A stretch of DNA of 64,000 nt from Perna viridis (taxonomy: Eukaryota), in assembly GCA_037379345.1 (NCBI GenBank), contig CM074511.1, forward strand, positions 38,446,862-38,510,861, in the 5' to 3' direction. The notes under the pieces are model-generated. The model had not been told where the DNA came from and did not search any database. It was given only the letters and a program-made list of their open reading frames with translations. Below are positions 54,101 to 64,000 of the stretch, one piece after another (the first letter of the stretch is position 1; each line of letters opens with the position of its first letter). Position numbers and translations under genes: made by a program.

Positions 54101-57100
54101 TATTTATAAATAAGTCTTCAGTCTCATTAATCTAGGCTTCAGATATTATCAGTGATTAGATGTTGTCAAGAAGTAATTTGATTTCTTGCATATGAATGAA
54201 CCTTATTATAGGGAATGTAATGTGAACATGGGCACTCTTTTTTTTAAAAATTGCTTATCATATCACTACAAACTTGTCTTTAGGAATCACAATGAATGTT
54301 CGTCTGTCCATCCGTTAGTCTCTCCGCATATCTTGTAATTGCAACTCATTCTAAACTACACCATTAGTTTTTATAAAGTTTTAGAGGAAGGTCAGACATC
54401 ATATATATTTGTGCATAAGGATAATTACTGGTATTATCAGATAATCCTAAAAGGGAGTTGATCCAATTTAACTTTTACATCATCAAATTTCACAAGTGCA
54501 ACTTTTCCAGCACAGTTTAATGTAATTTGATGAAACTATATTTGAAGGTTAGGTACCATTTGTACATTTTGCAAATAGATAGTTATAAGTGGATGTCTGC
54601 AAGGGGGATCACTGCAGACATAATAATTTTTGCAGTGTACTAATTATCACTATTTTTGTTGTGGATAGAAAACTGTGAAAATTAATACCCACAAAATTGA
54701 TTTGAACATTATTTAATGCTAATTATTTTTGGAACCTGCGAGCATAAATATGCATGTTGTTCACTTGACAGAATGTGAGAAAATTAGCAACTGCGAAAAA
54801 TAAAATGTTTACAGTAATCCAAATTTTTTTTCTTCTGTTTACTCTATACAGTTTGAAGCATGTGAAGTGGGTATCTATTTTATGAGCTTGCTCAGTTTCC
54901 CATGTAAAGTTATAAAAGTCATAAGTTTTTCTTAGAATGAACAGGTTAGTTGAAATAGGACTTTTTTTTCACTCTGTGAACTACTAGAATTTGTTTTATT
55001 GATAAATTTGATAAAAGTACCAATATCTACATTATATGAATGAATGAATGAATAAATAATTTATTAAAGTGCAACCTGAATTTTTCATGTTCAAATACAT
55101 AGATTACAGATATATTTTCAGCCAGCCAGATAGGCTTATGAAGCACTGTCATATGTACACATTAAGTTAAGTAGAAAATGAGGGTTCTATAAATTTAACG
55201 TCATTTGTTATAGGTGAAATAAGTTTGAATAAGCAAGTCTTTATATAACACCACGTCGTATATCTAAACAGTCTATGATATAGTTTGTAACAATTTTGGA
55301 ATTATTCGTCAGCAGTTCTTTTAGCGCATCTAAAGGAGAGTCAAAATTTATGGAAGATAGTTGTTGTATAAGTTCATTTCGCCTAATTGCGTAAACAGAG
55401 CACAAAAGTAGGAAGTGGTTTTCGTCTTCAATGAGGTTAGAGTTACACACTTTGCAGAATCTACGGTCTAACGGAATATTGCGATAGCGGCCTTGTTCCA
55501 CTTCTAATGGTAGTGTCCCGCATCGTATTCTGGCAATAACTGATCGCTGTTTCGTAGATAAACAGTTTTTCACATACGCTTCAGTACTAAAATCGGTCTT
55601 AAATAGCTTATATGTTCTAAGTTTTGGCATGCCTTGAACTTTTGTATTTCACTCGATTTTGAAATTGTCTATAAGTGTAGTCTTTACTGAGTCAATAATG
55701 TACTTTGTCGATATCAAGTCTTGATTGTCTGTATGATTAAGTAAATTTGCCAGACCACTATTGTTCAGAATTGTTTTAACACTATTAAACCATGTATTTT
55801 TGTATCGTGCCGAAATCTCAACATCCCAACTAAACACTTTTCGACAAATTCTGAATTCCGGTAAGTTCATAAGTCTACACCACAATCTAATTGCGTTACA
55901 CTGATTGTTTATATGTACTGGAGTCCATCCAATATCACCTGTTATTGCTGGAATTGGTGAGGTTTTCCCAACACCTAAGAAAGTACGAATAGCCCGATAC
56001 TGAAGTCTTTCTAATACATCATATCGTTTCAAACCCCAAACGCCTGACGCATAGTCCATTACGGGGATGACAGTATTTTCGTATATCTTTGCGAATGTAG
56101 CATAGTCCATGTTACCCATATGAAGATATTTGGAGGTTAACGATCCAAGTGCCCTGCTAGCCGCAACTGAGAGTTCTTTTACAGATATGTTGTAGTCTAT
56201 ATTTTCAGAGACTGTTAAACCAAGATAGCGATATCTATCAACAAAGTCAATTGTTGTATTACCAAGCATTAACGAGAAATCACATCTGTCAGTTGTTGTT
56301 TTACTAACATGCATAATCTTTGTTTTATCAATATTCACATGTAAACAGTTTAATTTTGTCCACTCATGTAATTGCTATTTGAATTTTGTTTAATTATATT
56401 TTCAGCATTGAGTTTACAGTCAACAGCTACAGAATATAATTGTGAGCTTTGTATCCTTCACATCAATGATTGGTGATGATAATTTTCTTTCAAAGCGTGC
56501 AGTTAAAAAGGAATGTATTGCATTCAAGTGGTATCAATCTGGACTTAAAATTCTTCAATAAAATATCTCCCAAGCTTCGTAGTATTACAACCGAAATATT
56601 GAGACACGAAAAGCTTCTGATGAAAAAAATAACATTTTAAATAAGATATTGATCATAGCAAATTTCAGATGTAGATGAAAATAATTGAAGAAAATATTTT
56701 TTTTACTAATTCTCAGACATTATTTTTTTCCCTCTATTTAGCAGAATTCCTGTACTTCAAATCTGGATTTTAGCGTTATGATACCTTTTTTTGCTGTATA
56801 GTCACTTTTGATTTTGCCAATATCCACTTTGTTTGTTGACCTTGTAAAATCATGTCTGAATTCCTTGAAGACATGAATTCACAAATCAGGCTGAAAAAGA
56901 TTTTATATTCAGAAATTCTAATGGAAAATCTCTATAAGACCAATTGTCTTAAAAACAGCAATTCACATTGATTTCCTTAACAGATTATAGATTCAGCAAA
57001 CTGGATTGTGTTTCAGCCTAATATAGTAATAGATGCAAAGCTAGGTAAGTTTGTTCCATGTTTTGAGGTACTACATGGAGGGGCCCATGTAATCACATAG

Positions 57101-60100
57101 TTACCAATATTTATAGTCCCATAATTGTTACTCATTTGCTTTGGTAAGCAGAAGAAGGGTTCTAGATAATCAGATAATTCACTGTTAGGTCTAGTAATCA
57201 AATAATCCCTGAGAAACAGCAAAGTAATCACATAATCAAAAACATTTTAAGAATGCTGTTTCTATTGCTTTTTTATACCCCCCGTTTCGTTGTAGATACT
57301 TAGTGATTGTGGTGTACTTCCGTCCATTCGTCAATCCCCTGTTCTTTTCTGCAACTCCTCCATGACTGCTGATTGGATGATGAAATTTTTGCATGATGCC
57401 ATTGTGCATCTCTTATTTTGTTTTTCCATCTGAATGCTTAAATCACTTATGGAGTATGCTGTATGGTTTCTGAAGAGAAAAATGGGGGGTATCAACAAAT
57501 GTGTTTGCCTACAGTTTTTCTACTGATCCTTTTGCCTTGTAGTTAGGTAGCTATACAATTTCCCAACAGTCTGTCTTTGTGTCACGTCCTTGACACACTT
57601 GTTAACATTTTTAAATAAAAATTCTTTGAATGAAACATGGTAAAACCTTAAACTATATATTTTTGTGAGGAATAAACTACTATATATAATACCATATAAT
57701 ACATGTAATGTTTTTAATTGAAAAATGCACAAAACCAATATATTATTGTATGAAAATTTAATTCTTTTTGTTATAAATGTAACTTTCTTAATGATGATAT
57801 TCATTAAATAGTTTGACTTGATTTTGATGCTTTAGACATCACAAATAAATATACACATACCTCAAACAAATTTTCTGTCTTTTTTATAATTTTTTTAATT
57901 CAATATTTTTGTAGAATATTAATTATTTAGCATGGTATGCTACTATAAAAAAACTTTGTAAACAATGAAAAGGAAATACAATTTACATAATAAAAAATTT
58001 AAATATTTCTTTTACAAATGGCAGTATTTAAGATACCACTATGGCTGCCATTTAATATTAACATATTAATTTTCGCTATTTTCACGGTGGACAGAAAACT
58101 GCAAGAAATTGTACTCACAAAATGTAGACATTTATCTTTTAAGTTTGAATAGCTGTCAATTACATTTATGGTGACCTTAACCTTTGTATTAAACCATCCA
58201 CCATTGTGTTTGGGTAGCTTGTACTCTACATTTAAGTGATTTACTTGTTTCTGATTGGATAACATTATTCATTTTATTTAAATCTTCTTACGGTAACTAA
58301 AACCAATTGTGTACATGTAAAGTGCAGGGGCATCAATTTTGACTAGTTTTAGTATTTTGGCAGAACAATTGTGTCCATGTTAAGTGCAGGTGCATCACTT
58401 TAGTCTAGTTTTTGTGTTTTTGGCTGAACAGTTGTGTACATGTAAAGTGCAGTTGCATCACTTTTGTCTAATTTTAGTGTTTTTGGCTTGATAATTGTGT
58501 ACATGTAAAGTGCAGAGACATCACTTTTGTCTAGTTTTAGTGTTTTTGACTGAACAGTTGTGTACATGTAAAGTGCAGGGGCATTTGTCCAGTTTTTGTG
58601 TTTTTGGCTGAACAATTGTGTACATGTAAAGTGCAGTTGCATCACTTTTGTCTGTTTTAGTATTTTTGGCTGGACATATTGTGTACATGTAAAGTGCAGG
58701 GGCATCACTTTTGTCTAGTTTTAGTGTTTTTGGCTGGACAATTGTGTACATGTAAAGTGGAAGGGGATCACTTTTGTCTAGTTAAAGTGTTTTTGGCTGA
58801 ACAATTGTGTCCATGTAAAGGGCAGGGGCACCATTTTTGTTTCATTTATTTTTTAAGTATATAAAATAGTGGAAGAACAGATTGATGATGTGCATTGTCA
58901 CAGCATGTACAGCAAGTAATATTGTAAAGTTCAAAGAATAGAATTGGTTTTCCTTGTTAGAATGACCATTATCTGATCAAATGTCTTCAAAGGTATTTGT
59001 CTGGAGATTAACCATGGAATATAAACTTTCCATTATTTCATAGATATTTTAATCCAAGTTTTACAGAGAACTTAAATCTCACCGTCTATTTTCCAGTAAA
59101 CTACATAATGAAGTTAAAGTACTGTCATTTGATAAAGGACTAAACCCTGAAGTTAGCTACTGTGAAAGTATTATTGATTTTGAGGTTCCAATTTTCGTGG
59201 TTTTCCTGGGTTCGGGAAAATTTCCCATTTGTGTGAATGATAAGAGTTGTCAAATCCACGAATTCAAGAACCTATGAACAGATAGCTTTTCTCCGAACCA
59301 TGAAAATTGGTATCCACTAATAAAAAGACTTGTACATTATATCATTTGCTGTAATGTCCTTAGTTAATTTGTGAAATCAAGATAATACTAAAAAAATTGA
59401 GACTTAGCAGTAATAGGAGAGTAACATAACCTTTATTTCTAACTTAAGTTCACAGAAAATAGTCTTGCTACACATATCCTATCGACTAGAAGTAATTCTT
59501 GGTTATCTTTGTTATAATGTACAGCTAAAGGTTGGTTCAACCCATCATATTTACTGAAAAGAACTTCACATTTATCTCCATCTCTTGATATAAGTAAACG
59601 TTCTGGTGTAGGTCCATTGATAACCCAATAGGACCTTCTACTATTGTGTTTTCATTGTAAAGGAAGATAACATGGAAGTCAAAATCAAGGATAGTAACTG
59701 TGTTCACATCAGGACATGTGTAGCAAATTCTCTCACCATCTGTGTCTATATGTGAATTTACAAAGAGTCTTTTTTTTATTTTTCCGGTTTTTATTTTGAT
59801 TTTCATTATACCTTTATCAGGTACACAAAAGAAAATACTACCATCATAATGTGTGATTCCTGAGACACAACTCTTAATTTTAAGTGTTTTAAGGACTTTC
59901 ATACCTATGCTGTCAATATCTATAATAGATATTGTTTGTGATTCAGTATTAAAAACTGTAACTTGGTTTTCATTGATAACTTCTACATCACAAACAATTC
60001 CTCTTCCATGGAATATGATTTGAGAACTTGGGAAACAATTGCTTTGAAATATTTTTACTCTTGCATTGTCATAATCAGCAAATACTATGAGTCCACTAGG

Positions 60101-62116
60101 CAGGAGACAGCAGCCAATAAAGAAACCTTCATCTAATGTAAACTGCTTTTTAAGGATCAGTTGTTTAGAAAATTTTGTCTCAACCATCATCTGAGCTCTG
60201 TTTGGCTTGTTCTTTTCTATTTGTGTAGTTTCCTTTTCTCTTGTCACTTCAACATCTATCAGAGATTTCATTCTTAATATGGTGTCCTCTACAAGAATGT
60301 GATCGCCTATTTTGATATCTATTTTATCAATTTCACCTTTTTCAAGTAATTGTTGTAGAGTTCCCTCTGAATTTTGAAGTTCCCTTTCTATATGTTTCAT
60401 TCCAATGAATGCTTGGAAATTAGATGCATGTTGGTAAATGAGTTCCTTCTGTCCCATTATTTCATTTAATTTCTTTTCTTTTGATTCTAGTAGTTTAGTA
60501 GTGTTTATGATTTGGCTTGAATATGACTGAATCTAATTCAAACAGTGTTTTGTTTTCAAGTTGTTTTAATTTGTCAATAAGTTTGTTTGTAATTTTAGTT
60601 ACTTGTGAAAATAGATCTTACTTCTTTCTCTGTAGTCGTTCTAAGTTTTCTTCCCTTGCTTTGATTGCTGTCAAGAAAGTTTGATCTGTTGAAACTTTCT
60701 AACACTCTAATGAAAAATTCTGAACAAATCCAGAGATCAAATACATATAGTGGTCTTTTCAAATAGAGAAATCATCTTTGACTGAATTACATTGTCAGAC
60801 TGGGGGTTTTTTACATGCATGTTTCTGATTTTTCCCCATTTTGCCGGATTCTTAAAAATACTTACACTTAACTTCTTTGGTGTTGATATGTTGATTTTTT
60901 ATTAAAAGTATTCATGTGCTGACAAATATATGGTGGTTATGTAGGTCCAGACATGTTATCAGGGTGTGTAATTTTATGTGCCACTTTGATAACTTACATA
61001 GTTAAATTTTTGAATGCGTTTGTCAGCTGAAAGGTTTGTTGTACTATTGTAAAATTAAATTGAAATATAGACATGCTGAGTTTATAGGTTATTGTCTAAA
61101 TTACCATGGACACTTTATTTTGTATTTTCTTGTATTTTTAGGATGTTTATGGTATGTTGAGTTAAAACTTGATCCCTTGGTGACTATGATACCAGATAAG
61201 GTAAGAAATTGTCAGGCATAAATTATGTCTAAACTGGTTTAATCATTATCAGTTACCAATGAAATGGTTTCTCTTCATTATGCCAAAACCGTTTAATTGT
61301 TTTAAGTCATTAATTATTATACCCCTCTCAAACAAAGTTTTGGGGGTATAAAGGTTTCACCCTGATTGCCTGTCTGTCTGTCCAAACTTAGCAGCTTGCA
61401 GCATTGTTACAATACTTTGTGGGATGTAATATAACCACATGGAGATACACATACTGTCAAGAATTTATGTTTGGGCAAAAATTGTAGAAATGACAGCTGT
61501 TTGACTGCGGCATTTTTCAACAAAACTTAGCCTCAGGTGTTGTCTGCAACTTCTTTTCAAGGACTTGAAGGATTGTTATGAAACTTAATGGGGTGTTAAA
61601 TTACCATATTGTGGTGTGCATATTGTCAGGAATTTATGTTAAAAGTAAATTTACATTCTGTTATTGTATTGTCAACAGAAAAAGTACTGACTGCTGTTTT
61701 AAGTTGGACCTTTAAGAAATGGCAGCAAATTGTGTGTCAAAAGTGCTTAGTATATCTACCATAAAAATTGTATCCAGTAAGTTTGGTATGTCCACACTGG
61801 TCCCAAATGTGCAGGGTTCAACAGGATGCAGGGGGTTATAACCTTGTTATGTGTAATGTCGAGTTTTGTCTGCGGGTGTTTGTAAAATGAAAGGAGCTAG
61901 GTTTTACAACTTAAACAATATCTCTATCTTTGTTTATTTCAGTGCAAGTTAATGAAGTTCTTGTTACTGCGACAAGATAGTAAATCTGTCATCCTCAAAG
62001 TTTGTCGTCAAATGTTGTTACCAGGACAGCAAGCTAATCTGTCTGTCATAGCCAAAGTTTTAGACATGCTCAACAAAGTTTACCAGAGACATTTGGAAAA
62101 AGAAGTTCAGGTGTTG
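45178..62116 (+). CDS. RMC1: Regulator of MON1-CCZ1 complex (C18orf8/Mic1), first 15 coding exons (435 codons); gene continues past the window
   Basis: Exons: 45178-45288, 47254-47330, 48573-48657, 49423-49485, 49795-49881, 50722-50793, 51250-51318, 52127-52230, 52505-52591, 53199-53304, 53920-54031, 56406-56450, 56991-57044, 61142-61200, 61943-62116. The translation (YIELCKNPIRF..VFYDDANKQVFTVRSGGAMGVVVKGP..KLPKFEVDLP..GRFAINIVDNLIVVHHQ..YSANWIVFQPNIVI) matches recalled C18orf8 sequence. No stop codon is reached. Confidence 0.93.
45738..45764. repeat. (TA)n microsatellite
   Basis: Direct reading; abuts the 409-bp tandem element. Confidence 0.95.
45768..46484 (+). mobile_element. 409-bp tandem unit (~1.7 copies) with tRNA-derived Pol III promoter, plus inverted partial copy
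   Basis: Units start at 45768 and 46177. A-box T(T/G)GCCGAGTGG at 45815/46224, B-box GTTCGAGTCC at 45882/46291, T5 at 45952/46361; inverted fragment 46449-46484; preceded by (TA)n. Confidence 0.8.
46077..46187 (+). ncRNA. Twister-ribozyme-like motif (type P1) spanning the tandem-unit junction
   Basis: P1 UCAU/AUGA, UAA, P2 UUUG/CAAG, P4 UCGU/ACGG closing loop GUUCUAAGUU, GAG, pseudoknots UC/GA and AU/GU; ~50-nt insert at the P3 position. Manual fold only. Confidence 0.4.
46551..46590 (+). ncRNA. Minimal type I hammerhead-ribozyme motif (Penelope pLTR-like)
   Basis: GGCA-CUGAAGA-A-GGUCA(uuugu)UGACU-GAAA-AU-U-U-UGCU: intact CUGANGA and GAAA cores, 5-bp stem II, palindromic AAUU stem III, 4-bp stem I. 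Confidence 0.5.
47580..48412 (+). mobile_element. Family B HINE-like element with internal tandem duplication
   Basis: (GTC)n tract, two ~330-bp internal units, 3' subterminal CAGGTGAGC and hairpin AGGCTCCTGGGAGCCT followed by a T-rich flank. Confidence 0.72.
50092..50598 (+). mobile_element. Family B HINE-like element
   Basis: 5' TTTTAGCTCACCTG-GCCAAAGGCC-GTGAGC, (GTC)n, 3' CAGATGAGCGA plus hairpin AGGCTCCTGTGAGCCT; inserted in a T run. Confidence 0.75.
52658..52693. repeat. (CA)n microsatellite
   Basis: Direct reading, RMC1 intron 9. Confidence 0.95.
53630..53842 (+). mobile_element. SINE 3' portion with (CAAT)n tail
   Basis: aatgtgttcgagtggagtga...ctcagcatgtcgaactaatacaagcagg...caatcaatcaat; related decayed pieces at 1-95 (+), ~2700-2870 (-) and ~7590-7760 (-). 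Confidence 0.55.
55036..56340 (-). mobile_element. 5'-truncated non-LTR retrotransposon (CR1/L2-group LINE), ORF2 C-terminus plus 3' UTR and (TTCA)n tail
   Basis: ORFs 55649-56338 and 55241-55630 share one frame, split by a single TGA. Motifs NIDKTKIM, YRYLG, KLRTYKLFK, IARIRCGTLPLEVEQGRY, C..C...EDENHFLLLC. AATAAA and a TTCA repeat tail at 55036-55065. Confidence 0.88.
56451..56990 (+). other. U12-type (minor spliceosome) GT-AG intron, RMC1 intron 12
   Basis: 5' site GTATCCTT at 56451; branch box TTTCCTTAAC at 56972-56981, 9 nt from the intron end at 56990; no polypyrimidine tract; splicing restores CELY-SANWIVFQP. Confidence 0.92.
58304..58840. repeat. Minisatellite, ~63-bp unit, ~9 copies
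   Basis: Unit aattgtgtacatgtaaagtgcaggggcatcacttttgtctagttttagtgtttttggctgaac repeated head to tail in RMC1 intron 13. Confidence 0.95.
59439..60700 (-). pseudogene. Intronless TRIM/NHL-like (coiled-coil + beta-propeller) pseudogene nested antisense in RMC1 intron 13
   Basis: ORF 59537-60457 has HASNFQAFIGMKHIE and NHL-like repeats (GCCLLPSGLIVFADYDNARV, PIGLSMDLHQNVY). The upstream coiled-coil (REENLERLQRKK*DLFSQV..LIDKLKQLE) has an in-frame TAA and a frameshift. The natural C-terminus (DGLNQPLAVHYNKDNQELLLV..LFSVNLS*) is in another frame, ends at 59439 and is followed by AATAAA. Confidence 0.75.
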
Positions 62117-63872
62117 GTAAGTGCTTATAGCAATACCAATTCACATAAGGATCTGGCAAAAGCGGAATAGTGTTATATTGACTAAATGGGCCTTGGATAG
62201 TTTCATGGTTTCATAAAAAGTCTAAAATTGAGATTTTCCTAAAATTTCTCATTTTTTCCTCAATTTCAAATTTTAAGCTTGCAGATTATTCAAAATTTGA
62301 GTTGACAAAATCCTCAGATTGAGAAAATTAATAAAACCGGATCCTGTTGTTCAGAAGTATCATTATATTTACACTGTCCATACTACAGACTGACCTTTTG
62401 ATTTTGATTCCTCTTTCAAAATTTAAGTACATGTATCTGCATTTTAAAGTCCCCTTTTGAATTTCTAATGTCAATCACCTTTTTTGTCAAAAGTATCAAA
62501 GAATCAGCAATGGTAATTGGCATGCAAAATATTATGAAAAGCCTACAAAAACTGAAACGTTCATTCTTTGTAATGTGTAGTGTATACAGTCATCATTATA
62601 ATGGAACAATGGATTTAACAACTTGGTCTGGAAACATATGGTTTGACTAGCCTAAATTCCTTTATTAGACAAAAAAAATGGATGTTTTCAAAGAATAAAA
62701 AATGTTAAAAGATATAATAGAAAAAGGAACAGATATTGTGAAACACAACAAATTTACCATTGTATAATGTTTATAAAAGGAGTAAGTACTAATAGAGATC
62801 ACCAAAAGGTCTTAGATAGGTGTAAATTCACCTTAAAGTAAGCTCTTAAAGGCCCAAACAACAGAAGTAATAAAATCCAAAATAACTGAGCTATGACACT
62901 TCTTCAAAATAAACTCAAAAGTCAAATAATGGCACAAAGGCATGTTTATGACCAACCAAGGATAAAAAGTGGCAGTCCCTCAGTAGCCCATCGCTGCTAG
63001 ATTTTGAGCTGGGCTACCAAACTTTTGGGTAAAATTTAGCTGAACATAAAGAAAATATTATAAAAAAAAAATATGGTCAAGGCTACCAGCTTGTATTTCC
63101 TAATTTTAACATTGCCAACTTTGACTTTAGGGTGAAATCAGTCATTTCTAACTAAGTATCATGCTGCAAGTGCAGCAGACATCTTGAAAAAATAGACAGA
63201 CATTCAAAATCAACAAAATTAAATCAAGGCAATGAAAAATCACCATAAAATATTGCGTCATTTATGAATTATTTCTTTAAATTTTGAATTTGATCTTGAA
63301 CTTGATGATATGCTAGCTACCCTATGCCAGCGAACCTAACAATTATGGTAAGGATGTCGAACAATGGTATTCCTGGACTGGTGTTACTGAAATACTTTTT
63401 GCATGTAATATGAACAAACATACGTCTGAAAATCAAGTTAACAAAAGAAGACATTGGTCACATATCTGTGTTAACTCTCCTGCTTTCGGCAGGAGCATCC
63501 AGATATTTCTGAAAAAATTCAACACTCTCCTGCTTACATGTCCATGTCAAAGCAGAATATTTAGCAGCACTCACAGAGATTTCTCCCATCTTATTTTGTT
63601 CTATAAATATTTGTCAAAACTAGTCATAAAAACATATTCCGGGCACACCTCCCACCTTTAACAACTTCCGAATGTCAGCACCTATGGATAGGTGACCAAC
63701 ATAGGGCAACTTGACACTACACTGATACTTCCTATGATTCAATGTTACATACTGTTAGGCAAAAAAAATCCTTTGCATATAAGTGCCTTTCTCATATTTA
63801 CTTATTTATACTACAGGATATTTTTTTCTATTGAATTGTATTTCACTGCCAGCCAAATAATTTTATATAAAT

Positions 63873-64000
63873 TAAGGCAAAAAAATAATGTCCTTTTCCT
63901 GTTACCCTACCTTACCGTCGTTTTTTGTGCCTACCTTAAACATTTATGGCCATTTTGACTCAAGCTGTGTTCAAGTCTAGATTGTTTCCCCATTAACTCA
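63873..64000. mobile_element. Partial inverted copy of the 33832-34076 MITE
   Basis: ttcaagtctagattgtttccccattaactca is the reverse complement of 33940-33970. Confidence 0.7.

Noticed and set aside
58304-58864. CRISPR-like array or repetitive protein ORFs
   Set aside because: Head-to-tail repeats without unique spacers in eukaryotic DNA; the ORFs arise from the 63-bp period.
60731-60854. B-box exon for the nested TRIM-like gene
   Set aside because: It is an inverted copy of intronic sequence 31921-32040, i.e. a dispersed repeat.

Overview
AT-rich eukaryotic genomic DNA with spliceosomal introns. The repeat families and the TRIM-like relic suggest a bivalve mollusc, probably mytilid-like (inference). 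Three housekeeping genes can be rebuilt exon by exon: PPM1G (minus strand, 10 coding exons, 663 aa), a head-to-head NRBP1 pseudokinase (plus strand, 14 coding exons, 493 aa), and the first 15 exons of RMC1/C18orf8 (plus strand, runs off the window). RMC1 contains a U12-type intron, an antisense LINE fragment, a ~63-bp minisatellite and a nested TRIM/NHL-like pseudogene. Introns carry many MITEs, Helentron-type non-autonomous elements, SINEs and Penelope-like RT relics. The most unusual structure is in RMC1 intron 1: a 409-bp tandem unit with tRNA-type Pol III A/B boxes. Its monomer junction folds into a twister-ribozyme-like core with compensatory pseudoknot changes, and it is followed by an inverted partial copy and a minimal hammerhead motif. 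This is a candidate ribozyme-bearing retroelement (retrozyme-like) system; the folds are manual predictions and untested.
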